DNA of 60,946 nucleotides, filler included, from Nitrospinae bacterium RIFCSPLOWO2_12_FULL_45_22 (GCA_001803565.1; 6 parts of 6 records of this genome joined end to end with filler, not necessarily neighbours in it); one strand, 5' to 3'; numbered from the whole stretch's first letter, positions 9,404-20,600 are shown. Made by a program: numbers and translations. The notes: generated by a model not told the origin, from the sequence alone.

Positions 9404-9652
9404 ATGCGTAAGCTAGATGCCGCACAACGTTTAGGGGTTTCTACTGCCACCTTAAAACGGTTCTTACTCCAGGATAGCCGTTATCATGGTTATCTACTTA
9501 AGCGGACTCCTGGGGGCCACTATCGCTTTACCGAGGAAGATGTCCGGCGGCTTGATTATGCTATGACACAGGCGGGTATGCAACGCCATCCTGAGAGGGT
9601 TATGTTCCAGCAAAGAGGAAGAGGGCAAAGTAGAAGGATGAGAAGGTGGTAA
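9404..9652 (+). CDS. MerR/excisionase-like HTH protein
   Basis: AAQRLGVSTATLKR...RTPGGHYRF. Confidence 0.7.
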   Translation: MRKLDAAQRLGVSTATLKRFLLQDSRYHGYLLKRTPGGHYRFTEEDVRRLDYAMTQAGMQRHPERVMFQQRGRGQSRRMRRW

Positions 9653-10065
9653 GAAGCCTCAAAGAATACGAAGCATGGCTCTCATTCATGGAGCAGCGCA
9701 AAACCCGAATTAAGGAGCTTTATCTCCTCCAGGGCAAAGGGCAGCACCAAATAGCTCGGATTATAGGCATTTCTCAGCCGGGCATAAGGAAGCACTTGGC
9801 CAGGATGAATTTGCTAATCCCCAAAAACAGCACTTCTCCAGACGGTGTCCCCCTTCCCATTACCTTGAAAGAGGGTGAGTTTATCAAGGTAGAACCTGGC
9901 GGGTATTCATGGGGGAAGCCTAGCCTGGAGATAGGACGTTGTGAACGTTGCCGGGGTTTCTTTATCAGAGGATATACCGGAATGCGTTTCTGTTGTGATG
10001 CCTGCGGGTCTAGCAATCCGTGTACCTGTGGCACGTGCAAAAGGGGAAAAGTAGTTATCTCGTGA
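9646..10065 (+). CDS. HTH plus Cys-rich zinc-binding protein
   Basis: QIARIIGISQPGIRKHL; CERC..FCCDAC..CTCGTC. Confidence 0.6.
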   Translation: MVRSLKEYEAWLSFMEQRKTRIKELYLLQGKGQHQIARIIGISQPGIRKHLARMNLLIPKNSTSPDGVPLPITLKEGEFIKVEPGGYSWGKPSLEIGRCERCRGFFIRGYTGMRFCCDACGSSNPCTCGTCKRGKVVIS

Positions 10066-10073
10066 TAGGTTAT

Positions 10074-10289
10074 ATGGACAAACGACTTCTCACATTAAAA
10101 GAAGCGGCTCGATACCTGGGCAAAACCGATAAGGCCCTTTATCTCTCTGTGATGAGAAAGGAAGTCCCTTTTCGTAAATGGGGCAAGAAACTGATCTTTG
10201 ACCGGATGGAATTGGATAAGTTCATCTCTACCTTGCCAGGTGTGACATTTGAGGATGTATTGGCCAATAAATACTCCCCTCTAAGATAA
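10074..10289 (+). CDS. Excisionase-like HTH protein
   Basis: MDKRLLTLKEAARYLG..VPFRKWGKKLIF; ATG at 10074. Confidence 0.75.
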   Translation: MDKRLLTLKEAARYLGKTDKALYLSVMRKEVPFRKWGKKLIFDRMELDKFISTLPGVTFEDVLANKYSPLR

Positions 10290-10426
10290 TGCCTTTCCTG
10301 TAGCATTATTGACCTATTACACGGTTCTTAAAAACATTCACCTTTAGCACAAGATAATTTGATATATCTAGCAATTTCTAGTCGGCTTAAACAAACCCTT
10401 ACCAGATAAGCATTTCAGTAGAAAAT

Positions 10427-10562
10427 ATAGTAGTTAAAATAGTAGTTACTCCAGTGAAAAAATGGGGGGAAATGAGAGGAAATGAGAGAAGGTAGAAATT
10501 GCCGTTTTAGCTAATAAAATAAGGGGTTTAGCCTATCTAATAAGGATTTGACCAAACCCCTT
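10427..10562. repeat. att-arm-like direct and inverted repeats
   Basis: ATAGTAGTTA x2 (10427, 10439); GGAAATGAGA x2 (10468, 10478); AAGGGGTTT (10521)/AAACCCCTT (10554). Confidence 0.5.
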
Positions 10563-10565
10563 TAA

Positions 10566-10607
10566 CCGCCTTGGCAAGGCGATGCTCTACCGCTGAGCTA
10601 TTCCCGC
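10566..10607 (-). pseudogene. tRNA-Gly(GCC) 5' half only
   Basis: GCGGGAATAGCTCAGCGGTAGAGCATCGCCTTGCCAAGGCG gives acceptor 5' strand, D arm and anticodon arm. No T arm or 3' acceptor strand follows. Confidence 0.85.
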
Positions 10608-10684
10608 AATACATTATTTATCAAGCCTTTTAGAAGGAAGTAGTATAGAGTTATAATGAAAATAGCAATTATTTCAGATAAATT

Positions 10685-10713
10685 TTTTTAACACTTTTCC
10701 CGGGTTCTGTCAA
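10685..10713 (-). promoter_or_regulatory. Possible promoter upstream of the tRNA-Gly fragment
   Basis: Minus strand TTGACA-17bp-TAAAAA with TG extension. Confidence 0.35.
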
Positions 10714-10737
10714 GATGCTATCCCGTCCAGTCGGATT

Positions 10738-11215
10738 TTAATTATGGTTTTGCTTAATATATTCGACCCCGGCGCGCAGGGCCTTCTTGTTTAACCCTAT
10801 CATGGCCTCTTTACCTTCTTCTTTTAAGGAATCTGTCAAAGTCTCTTCAATAATATCCAGTGGCAATGCCTCGGTAAGGCCCAGATAAGCCCCTAGAAGG
10901 ACCAGGTTCGCCACCCGGGGAGAACCATTTTTCTGGGCTAGCTCGCTAGCCGGTAAAGCAATAACCTTTAAGTCTTCCCGTTTGATCTTCCCCACGATAA
11001 GGGAGCTATCATAGATAAGAGTTCCACCCGGTGCAATAGTACCTTCATACATATCTAACGATCTCTGGTCACAAATGATCATGATCTCTGGCTCTGAGAT
11101 CAAAGGAGAATATATATCTTCATCGGCAGTTATTACATAGCAAGCAACGGTGCCACCCCGCATAAAGGTCTCATAGGTAGGAAACCAGGTTACATTTTTA
11201 AAGTGGTTCAGGCCG
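10738..11215 (-). CDS. 2-oxoacid:ferredoxin oxidoreductase gamma subunit (5' partial)
   Basis: PTYETFMRGGT..C.V, GGTLIYDSSL, ANLVLLGA, NKKALRAG. Confidence 0.85.
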
Positions 11216-11315
11216 NNNNNNNNNNNNNNNNNNNNNNNNNNNNNNNNNNNNNNNNNNNNTTAATTAATTAANNNNNNNNNNNNNNNNNNNNNNNNNNNNN
11301 NNNNNNNNNNNNNNN
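11216..11315. other. Artificial contig linker (same at 18154-18253, 33585-33684, 45314-45413, 54309-54408)
   Basis: 100-nt N-TTAATTAATTAA-N block with stops in all six frames. Confidence 0.95.
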
Positions 11316-11317
11316 CA

Positions 11318-14077
11318 GAAGCTACTTCTGGCTATCTCTATAGGAGCTGGGAGGATTTATACCGCAAAGAATGGAGCTGGGATAAGGTAGGCCGTGGCAC
11401 CCACTATGGCAATTGTTGGTACCAGTTGGGCTGCTGTTTTGATATTTATGTAAAAGACGGTATTGTCTGCCGGGAAGAGCAGGCCGCAGAATATCCCCAA
11501 ACTAACCCCGAGGTGCCGGATTACAATCCCCGCGGTTGTCAGAAGGGCTCCTGTTATAGTGAGCGTATGTATAGCCCCGTCAGGATAAAATATCCTTTGA
11601 AGCGCATTGGGGAGCGGGGTGAAGGGAAGTGGCAAAGGGTCTCGTGGGATCAGGCCCTGGATGAGATTGCTGATGCTATGCTGGATGTGATCCTCAAGGA
11701 TGGGTCTGATACCATAATCTGGGACCCCGGTACTCAACTGAGTATTGGCAACCAGGGGATGGGCCTCTTCCGGTTAGGGAATTTGCTGGGAACACCAATC
11801 CTGGACACCAATACCGAGATCGGTGATGATCGCCAGGGTGCTGGTGTAACCCTGGGTAAGATCTCCTTTGGAAGCTCAGCGGATGATTGGTTTTATTCGG
11901 ACTTATTTTTTATCTGGGGTGCCAATCCCTTTTATACCCAGATACCGAACTGCCACTTTTTCTTAGAGGCCCGTTATAATGGCACCAAGATCATCGCCAT
12001 TACCCCGGATTATAACCCTTCATCTATCCATGCCGACTTATGGCTCCCTATAAACGTAGGCACCGATGCGGCCTTAGCCCTTGCTCTGGCCCAGGTCATT
12101 ATTGCTGAAAAGCTCTATCATCAATCCTTCATTAGAGAGCAGACCGATCTACCCCTGCTGGTAAGGGATGATACCGGCAGATTTTTAAGGGAGTCTGACC
12201 TGAAAGAAGGTGGCAGAGAGGATACCTTTTACTGCTTTGACCTTAATAGTAAGACCATAAAAGAAGTACCTAAGCTTAGCCTAGTCCTGGATAGGATATT
12301 ACCGGCCCTGGAGGGAGAATATGAAGCGGAGACCGCGCTTGCCCCTGCCCAAAAGATAAAGGTCAGGCCAGTATTTGAGGTTTTGAAAGAGAGGCTTAAG
12401 CAATATACCCCGGAGAGGGCTTCCCAGATAATCGGGATAAGACCCGAGATCATAAGAGACTTGGCCTTCCAGATAGCTAAGGCCAAATCAGCTACCTTTA
12501 TTTCTAGCCTTAATTTCGGAAAATTTTATCATGGTATCCTAACCGAGAGGGCGCAGGTCTTAGTCCTGGCTTTATGCGGCCATTTCGGCAAGAAAGGGAG
12601 CGGATTCAATAGCAACCCCTGGCTGTTTCCCGATGCTATGGATAAATTCACAGTCATGCAATCCCCAGGGTTGGAGGGCTTGAAAGATTATGAGAAGCTC
12701 GTGCAACCGCTCTTCGCGAATTTGAGTAAGCAAGGATACACTAAAGAGATGATACTCTATGAAGCAGCCCGCGAATCTTATCGGAAAGGGGAGTGGGTAT
12801 CAGCGGCCTTTTTCTGGTATATCCATGGTGGGTTGAAGGAGTTCAGTAAGGGGGCAAAGTGGGACCCTTACCTGAAAAGGGATATAGAGGATTATGCCAA
12901 AGAAGCCCTGGATAAAGGTTGGCAATTCATCACCCCAGCACCGGATAAGGCACCCCGTATCCTCTTTGAGTATGGGGGCAATATCCTGCGTCGGGTCAGG
13001 GGCTATACCAAATTGATTGATACCCTGCTGCCCAAGCTCAGGCTCCTGGTAACCATTGATTGGCGCATGTCCTCCACTGGCCTTTACTCAGACTTTGTCT
13101 TGCCCGCAGCCGGCTGGTATGAAAAAGCAGATATAAAATATAATGCTCTCTTTGTCCCCTTTGCCCATGTGACCAATAGCATCGTGAGCCCCCTATACGA
13201 ATCCAAGCCTGAATGGGAGATATTCTGCCTCCTGGCAAAGAAGGTTCAGGAAAAGGCAAAGGAAAGGGGAATAAGCAGTTTCAAAGATAAGGATGGCCAG
13301 GAGAGAAACCTTGATAGGCTCTATGAGACCCTGACCTTTAATGGGTATTATAAGGAAGATGACCATGAAAAACTGGCGGCCGATTTTGTCAAACTCTCCA
13401 GCAATCTCCAGGGGGTAGGGTGGAAGCAACTAAAGGATAAAGGGTTTGCTAAATTTACCAGCCTGGGAGACAACCCTGCCTGTGTCGGTAGTGTCTGTGA
13501 TATCAAGCCGAATGAGACTATTACTGCCTTAGTAGGGCACACAGAAAAGAAGATGCCCTATCCTACCCTTACCCGGCGGATGCAGTTCTATATTGATCAG
13601 GAGCTCTTTATGGAATTGGGCGAAGAGATGCCGGTACACAAAGAACCACCAAAGGTCGGTGGTGACTACCCGCTGGTGATAACTGGTGGCCATACCCGCT
13701 GGAGTATCCATGCCTCCTGGCGGGATGATCAGTATATGCTGCGGCTACAGCGCGGGGTACCTGTGATGTATATGAGTGTTAAGGATGCCAAAGAGCGGCA
13801 GATAAAAGATGGCGAGGAAGTAGAGGTCAAGAATGATCTCAATTCCTTCCGCATCCAGGCCAAGGTCTCACCAGCCGTGCGGCCCGGTCAGGTCATTATC
13901 TATCATGCCTGGGAGAATTTCCAATTTAAGGAGGGCAAGATGTTTCAGAACCTTATGCCTACACCGCTAAATCCTGTCGAGCTGGCTGGTGGTTATTTTC
14001 ACTTGCGGCCCATGTTTACTTGCTTCCAGCCCGGCCAGAACGACCGCGATACCCGTGTGGAAGTGATAAAGATATAA
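11318..14077 (+). CDS. Type II DMSO-reductase-family molybdoenzyme alpha subunit, ethylbenzene/steroid C25 dehydrogenase-like (5' partial)
   Basis: Frame is open to the linker: WEDLYRKEWSWDKVGRGTHYGNCWYQLGCC..DYNPRGCQKG (His/Cys FS0 motif); EIGD; TLTRRMQFYID; GHTRWSIH. Confidence 0.85.
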   Translation, partial: EATSGYLYRSWEDLYRKEWSWDKVGRGTHYGNCWYQLGCCFDIYVKDGIVCREEQAAEYPQTNPEVPDYNPRGCQKGSCYSERMYSPVRIKYPLKRIGERGEGKWQRVSWDQALDEIADAMLDVILKDGSDTIIWDPGTQLSIGNQGMGLFRLGNLLGTPILDTNTEIGDDRQGAGVTLGKISFGSSADDWFYSDLFFIWGANPFYTQIPNCHFFLEARYNGTKIIAITPDYNPSSIHADLWLPINVGTDAALALALAQVIIAEKLYHQSFIREQTDLPLLVRDDTGRFLRESDLKEGGREDTFYCFDLNSKTIKEVPKLSLVLDRILPALEGEYEAETALAPAQKIKVRPVFEVLKERLKQYTPERASQIIGIRPEIIRDLAFQIAKAKSATFISSLNFGKFYHGILTERAQVLVLALCGHFGKKGSGFNSNPWLFPDAMDKFTVMQSPGLEGLKDYEKLVQPLFANLSKQGYTKEMILYEAARESYRKGEWVSAAFFWYIHGGLKEFSKGAKWDPYLKRDIEDYAKEALDKGWQFITPAPDKAPRILFEYGGNILRRVRGYTKLIDTLLPKLRLLVTIDWRMSSTGLYSDFVLPAAGWYEKADIKYNALFVPFAHVTNSIVSPLYESKPEWEIFCLLAKKVQEKAKERGISSFKDKDGQERNLDRLYETLTFNGYYKEDDHEKLAADFVKLSSNLQGVGWKQLKDKGFAKFTSLGDNPACVGSVCDIKPNETITALVGHTEKKMPYPTLTRRMQFYIDQELFMELGEEMPVHKEPPKVGGDYPLVITGGHTRWSIHASWRDDQYMLRLQRGVPVMYMSVKDAKERQIKDGEEVEVKNDLNSFRIQAKVSPAVRPGQVIIYHAWENFQFKEGKMFQNLMPTPLNPVELAGGYFHLRPMFTCFQPGQNDRDTRVEVIKI

Positions 14078-16192
<2,115 letters not shown>

Positions 16193-16200
16193 CTATTAAT

Positions 16201-16590
16201 TTATTGGGTAGCTTTTCTATTTCTGAGGGATGCTATATAGCCATTGAGAACCTTAATACATCTATAGGACAATTCCTTTAATTCTCGAAATTTGTCTTCG
16301 TCTATATAATTCTCATCATAACTGGTTATTAAATGGTCTATAATCTCAAACAAGGAACCCCTGGCTTGTCGGCAAAATTGGATATTTTCCTGATAGTGGT
16401 AACGACCAAACCCCTCTGCGATATTGGCAGTGGATGATATGGCAGCCCTCTGTATCTGCGGCACTAAGGTATATTTCTCACTTTCAGGAAAGATTTTTGT
16501 AACCTTATAGATTTCTTTTCGGAGTACCCGGCATAATTGCCATAATTCGAGATCTTCAAAGGTATTGATTGGTTTCTCCCTATCCGCCAT
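16201..16590 (-). CDS. Four helix bundle protein (23S rRNA IVP / Avd-like family)
   Basis: FEDLELWQ..FPESEKY.L..QIQRAAIS..ANIAEG..ARGSLFE. Confidence 0.92.
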   Translation of the reverse strand: MADREKPINTFEDLELWQLCRVLRKEIYKVTKIFPESEKYTLVPQIQRAAISSTANIAEGFGRYHYQENIQFCRQARGSLFEIIDHLITSYDENYIDEDKFRELKELSYRCIKVLNGYIASLRNRKATQ

Positions 16591-16643
16591 TGACCTAATA
16601 ACCTAATAACCCAATAACCCAATAACCTAATAACCTAATAACC
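16588..16643. repeat. Seven 8-nt tandem repeats GGTTATT(A/G) on the minus strand
   Basis: The last unit, GGTCAATG, contains the start codon of the four helix bundle gene. Confidence 0.85.
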
Positions 16644-16644
16644 C

Positions 16645-17619
16645 TCAATAAACATGGTGGAATACAGTGCGGGCCTCAGCTATAAGCTCATCGTATCTAC
16701 CTTTATAGCGGGGTGAGAAATGGAATAAGACCAGCTTCTTTACCCGGGCTTCCCGGGCCAGGATAGCGGCCTCTCTAGCTGTGAGATGATAGGAAGACTT
16801 GGCCTTGTCTCTATCCGCCTCCAGAAAAGGCCCTTCACAATAAAATATATCAGAAGCGTTAGCAAAAGAGATAATTTTTTCTTTGGCTGCTTCGGTCAGT
16901 AGAGCATCGGTCAGATAAACCACCTTAAACCCCCTGGTCCATTCCAACAAATTAGCCTGTAAGTCTGAAGCCGGGTAAACTTTGTCCCCTATTTCCAGGG
17001 ACTGATCTTTCATAGAACCCGACAACACAGCCTCTTTAAGCTGCCGTAGCCAGGGGCCAGGCGGCAACTGCAGCTCTTGCAGCCTATCTTTATTTACTCT
17101 TATCACCGGCTTCTCGGTTATCCGGTACGCCAGAGAAGGGGTCTTATGATCCAGGGGTAAAAAATCTACTACCAGGTCATTATCTTCCAGGAAGATGTTT
17201 CTATGTTCCCTCCATTCCATTTCTTGATCTGGCTCAAACCTGTTTTTGCATTGATACCGGCTGATCCTGAGCCGCTCTCCAATGGCCTCATGGACTACAA
17301 TGGTCAATCCTATCTCCTGGGCAATGTTCCAATTATATCCTTTGAGCTTACCCTGGATATTCTGGGCAATGCCTTCCGGGCCATAAATATGGAGAGAGTC
17401 TTTCCGCTCCAGGATGAGCCGTAAGATATAGTCAAAACCGATAAAATGGTCTATATGGGTATGGGAGATAAAGAGGTCTTTTACCCGCAAAATCTCTCTG
17501 GGGGTCAATTCTGTCAGGAAGCCACAGTCAAAAAGCAAGGCCCTTTTCTTGCCTACTACCTCCACATAGAGAGAGGGGTCACCTTCCTCACCTCCACCTA
17601 ACTTTATTACCAGGGCCAT
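16645..17619 (-). CDS. RNase Z-like metallo-beta-lactamase-fold hydrolase
   Basis: SHTHIDH, YLTD, HLTAREAA, LFHFSPRY. Confidence 0.85.
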   Translation of the reverse strand: MALVIKLGGGEEGDPSLYVEVVGKKRALLFDCGFLTELTPREILRVKDLFISHTHIDHFIGFDYILRLILERKDSLHIYGPEGIAQNIQGKLKGYNWNIAQEIGLTIVVHEAIGERLRISRYQCKNRFEPDQEMEWREHRNIFLEDNDLVVDFLPLDHKTPSLAYRITEKPVIRVNKDRLQELQLPPGPWLRQLKEAVLSGSMKDQSLEIGDKVYPASDLQANLLEWTRGFKVVYLTDALLTEAAKEKIISFANASDIFYCEGPFLEADRDKAKSSYHLTAREAAILAREARVKKLVLFHFSPRYKGRYDELIAEARTVFHHVY

Positions 17620-18253
17620 AATTTTCTTTACCCATTCTCCCGGGGTAACCTTTGCCTACCACTAAGGCACAAAAGCAATAGGGATCAGGGCTCGGGGCTC
17701 AGGGTATAGAGATCCAAAAGCTGTTCCCCGACACCTGATCCCTGCTCTGGGGCCTTGGTGGCCTAACCTGTGAGTATCCGTGGTCATCCGTGGTTAAAAT
17801 CCTCATTTTGACTAAACAGTTGCGATAGTTATTATACCTGGGAAATCCTTAAGAGGAAACAATAGAGAAGAGAAGTAGTTTATTAGAAGAGTTTTAGGGT
17901 ACGGATTTTCACAGATGCCCACAGAACTGACCAGGGTTGCTCTAGCCCAATAGCGGCAGAGGTAAGCTCTGTGGCTACATTTTGTGATGAATAAATCTTT
18001 ATGCGGTTTTTGAGAAAAAGCCTGTCTGACCTGTCTGCCAAGGCACAGGCAGGCGGGTCCCTGACCCCGGTGAACTGTTACTACCTTTATTTATGATACT
18101 GGAGTATTCAAGATAAATCTCTTTATTATCTCAGCCCCACGGTCAGGTTCATCNNNNNNNNNNNNNNNNNNNNNNNNNNNNNNNNNNNNNNNNNNNNTTA
18201 ATTAATTAANNNNNNNNNNNNNNNNNNNNNNNNNNNNNNNNNNNNNNNNNNNN

Positions 18254-18436
18254 AATGCGCTCAATGTCACGTAACTCTTTGCGGCTGTAGCCGTAATTCT
18301 CTGCCAGCGTTACATCGGGGTCAAGCCAAAATTTGGCACTCCGATTCTCTCGGTCTACGTGCATATGTCGTGGCTCGCCGCAATCGTAAGAGTAAAAGTA
18401 AATACGATAAGGGCCAATTCTTAAAGCCGTCGGCAT
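18254..18436 (-). CDS. DUF4160-family toxin-like protein (3' partial), integron cassette
   Basis: MPT..RIGPYRIYFYS..EPRHMHV..AKFWL. Confidence 0.85.
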
Positions 18437-18543
18437 GGTTACAGGTAGCCCTCACCTTTGCTTTCGTTTTCGTTCAAGATACCACATTTCGCCATTAATG
18501 CACTGAACCCGCACTATGTTGCACCGCCGTTGTATGAAAAGCC

Positions 18544-18603
18544 GTGTAACGATCAGCCTGAGCGGCGCGGCTTGTCTGCGTCCGCTTGAATAAGTTGTTA
18601 GGC
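18544..18603 (-). other. attC site
   Basis: GCCTAAC AACTTA TTCAAGCGGAC...GCCGCTCA GGCTGATC GTTACAC on the minus strand. Confidence 0.85.
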
Positions 18604-18627
18604 ACTCGTTTTTCTGTTACACGAACC

Positions 18628-18921
18628 TTAAATTGCAATTGCCTTATTAAACTCCTCAACTTTGGTGGGTTTTTGTTCAGCGTTCCACAAGTATAACTTG
18701 GCCTGCATGTATAACCAACTTTCAGGTGATGTTCTTGTTGCCTTACTAACCCGAACGGCCATTTCAGGACTTAGAGAGGCTTTACAGTTTAGTAATTCTG
18801 ATAAGGTCTTTCGAGTTACTCCTAAACATTTAGCTGCTTCTGTTACGGTTAGACCCAGAGGCTTTATAACATCCTCTCGTAAAACCTCTCCAGGGTGAGT
18901 TGGTTTTCTTTTTCCAATCAT
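18628..18921 (-). CDS. higA: HigA addiction-module antitoxin
   Basis: PTHPGEVLRE..LTVTEAA..LGVTRKTLS..SPEMA..PESWL. Confidence 0.93.
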   Translation of the reverse strand: MIGKRKPTHPGEVLREDVIKPLGLTVTEAAKCLGVTRKTLSELLNCKASLSPEMAVRVSKATRTSPESWLYMQAKLYLWNAEQKPTKVEEFNKAIAI

Positions 18922-18941
18922 TTTAAGCGCTCCTTTTAAAT

Positions 18942-19220
18942 TTAATGATAATCACGGTAATCTACATCTATTGCATCTGCGCCATCAAACCTAAAAGTAA
19001 CTCGCCAGTTGCCGCTAACCCAAACAGACCATGTGCCTTTTTGTTTTCCTTTAAGCTCGTGTAATTTATAGCTAGGTAAATTCATATCATGAGGTCCTAC
19101 AGATGCATCTAAACGGTCTAAGATTCTGCCAAGCCTGGGAGCATGTTTCGCATTTATTCCCCTCCGAATATCATTGTAGAAAAATTTTTCTAGTCCCTTG
19201 TGCTTGAAAGATTTAATCAT
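18942..19220 (-). CDS. higB: HigB killer-protein toxin
   Basis: MIKSFKHKGLEKFF..LHELKG..WSVWVSGNWRVTFRF..DYH. Confidence 0.93.
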   Translation of the reverse strand: MIKSFKHKGLEKFFYNDIRRGINAKHAPRLGRILDRLDASVGPHDMNLPSYKLHELKGKQKGTWSVWVSGNWRVTFRFDGADAIDVDYRDYH

Positions 19221-19240
19221 CCATTATCTTACCCATTGAT

Positions 19241-19269
19241 ATATTAACATGTAACCCATAACGTTGCAA
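19241..19269 (-). promoter_or_regulatory. higBA promoter/operator
   Basis: TTGCAA-17bp-TAATAT (TG-extended) overlapping the palindrome TGTAAC-N7-GTTGCA (19250-68). Confidence 0.65.
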
Positions 19270-19297
19270 GTGATAAATAATGCTATCAATTCGATTT

Positions 19298-19388
19298 GCC
19301 TAACAAGAGTTTCAGCGGCGGCAGGCTTCCCAGGCGAGCACCCGCATGGACAATTTGCAGGTATTACCCGCCTGAAGGCTTGTTCAGT
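19298..19388 (-). other. attC site
   Basis: ACTGAAC AAGCC TTCAGGCGG...CCGCTGAA ACTCTT GTTAGGC, with an extrahelical base in the L box. Confidence 0.75.
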
Positions 19389-19438
19389 CAGCCATTAATT
19401 GAGGAGCTTTCTATCTTGCCTGCTACTACTCGTCAGAA

Positions 19439-19647
19439 TCAGATTTCGCCAGTGCCACCACAGGTCGGGCATTTACCATTTCCACCGCAGTTATAGCACT
19501 TGATATGTCCTTTTCCAAAGGGTTGAGGCCATCAACCAACTCGTCAAGGAAACCACCTACCCCCCCTCCATGACAAACCGAGCAGACACCGTCGCCTCTT
19601 TCCGGGATTGACAATGTTGCTACAGAATCACCATCTGGGCATTTCAT
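19439..19647 (-). pseudogene. Frameshifted DnaJ-type CxxCxGxG zinc-finger cassette
   Basis: CSVCHGGG in frame 0; KCYNCGGNGKCPTCGGTGEI* in the -1 frame after about 19516. Confidence 0.7.
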
Positions 19648-19700
19648 CTTACCACCTCCTCAGAGTACGGTAGAGGTGCTCCAGGGCACTTTGGTCTACC

Positions 19701-19781
19701 GCCTAACGTACACGCATAAGCCACCTTGGGTAACGCGGCTTCTTGCGTTACCCAAGGTCGGCCTTCATGCGATTGTTGGGC
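19701..19781 (-). other. attC site
   Basis: GCCCAAC AATC GCATGAAG GCCGACCTTGGGTAACGC..GCGTTACCCAAGGTGGC TTATGC GTGTAC GTTAGGC. Confidence 0.9.
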
Positions 19782-19814
19782 TTGTTCCCCTTTACCCCAA
19801 CGCAGATGCAAGTG

Positions 19815-20585
19815 CTATTTACTATGCCCCAACTCTTCTGGGTTCCATACCTCGTACTCCGTGTGCTTGCCACGTGTGATGAGCGCCGGTGGACGGTGTT
19901 CAGTGAAGCACTCCCAATTGGGGATTATCGCCGCGCAATCGTCATAAAAGATTTTTCGGACATAGTCCCATGATGAACGTACGAGCCCGGGGTCATGGTA
20001 AGTAATCCAACGCGACCTGCCTTCCGAGCCCCACCCAACGGCAACTACCGCATGATTCTCGATGCCGCCACCAGAAATAATCACGGGAAGGTGCCAAGAG
20101 ATAGCATTACAGATGTCACTGACATTCCAGATGCGTTCCAAGGCACGCAATTGACGATTGTACTTTCGCTTTCGCATCCTTCTACACTTGACCCGCTGAT
20201 GAATAAAATAATTTGTTGCTCTGCAGTCTGTGTAGTACTCACAAAAGAGCTTGTTGAGTATTCGAGTCGCGTCGGTCGTTCTCATTCCGTTGAAGAACCA
20301 ATCTCCCACTTCCTCTTTAAACTTCCGGTCGCTTCGTGCACGCTGCCGAAGTATCTGGAAGACCGGGCTACCTTCCCTCTTGTAGTGGGGGGCTTCGTGT
20401 ATTTTCCCGTGGAATTCTGGGTATAGAGCGACCAGTACCATGGACATGGCGTAATAAACACAGAGACCATCAGCTTCCCCTTGCAAGTAGTGAGGAACGC
20501 CCAAGAGCTGGATTTCATTGTATGTGCTGCTCATCCTCCTCGCTGGCATGCCTGTCCTCCACATTATTCGATCTATATAGCCCAA
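19815..20585 (-). CDS. Papain-like/C39-like cysteine peptidase cassette (true start probably a downstream ATG)
   Basis: Q..DGLCVYYA, HAVVAVGW, YHDP give a Q-C-H-D pattern. Confidence 0.7.
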   Translation of the reverse strand: MGYIDRIMWRTGMPARRMSSTYNEIQLLGVPHYLQGEADGLCVYYAMSMVLVALYPEFHGKIHEAPHYKREGSPVFQILRQRARSDRKFKEEVGDWFFNGMRTTDATRILNKLFCEYYTDCRATNYFIHQRVKCRRMRKRKYNRQLRALERIWNVSDICNAISWHLPVIISGGGIENHAVVAVGWGSEGRSRWITYHDPGLVRSSWDYVRKIFYDDCAAIIPNWECFTEHRPPALITRGKHTEYEVWNPEELGHSK

Positions 20586-20600
20586 CTACTAATTAGGCAG
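20580..20600 (-). other. attI-like site
   Basis: TGCCTAATTAGTA GTTGGGC resembles the attI1 simple site. GTTGGGC exactly complements GCCCAAC of this cassette's attC. No attC hairpin upstream. Confidence 0.6.

Larger units (their letters stand above)
4174..10607. mobile_element. Integrated P4/PICI-like satellite or plasmid remnant at tRNA-Gly (left boundary uncertain, may extend to about 1500)
   Basis: SF3 helicase with downstream inverted repeats, PC4-like SSB, several HTH/excisionase genes all on +, att-like repeats and a tRNA fragment at the right end. No integrase or capsid gene seen. Confidence 0.7.
18254..20600 (-). mobile_element. Integron cassette array (at least 4 cassettes) with attI-like site and no adjacent intI
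   Basis: Three attC sites plus co-oriented cassette ORFs. Confidence 0.85.

Noticed and set aside
10530-10607. Complete or intron-containing tRNA-Gly (GGTCAAATCC resembles a T-loop)
   Set aside because: No T stem and no strand complementary to GCGGGAA; no 3' half found in the contig.
11216-11315. Recurrent TTAATTAATTAA motif inside N runs
   Set aside because: Artificial six-frame-stop contig linker; cross-linker gene neighbourhoods were not interpreted.
16201-16590. DGR (Avd-like gene)
   Set aside because: No reverse transcriptase and no TR/VR pair seen near either four-helix-bundle gene.
16588-16643. Short tandem arrays as a CRISPR array
   Set aside because: Units are 7-9 nt with no unique spacers, and there are no cas genes in the window.
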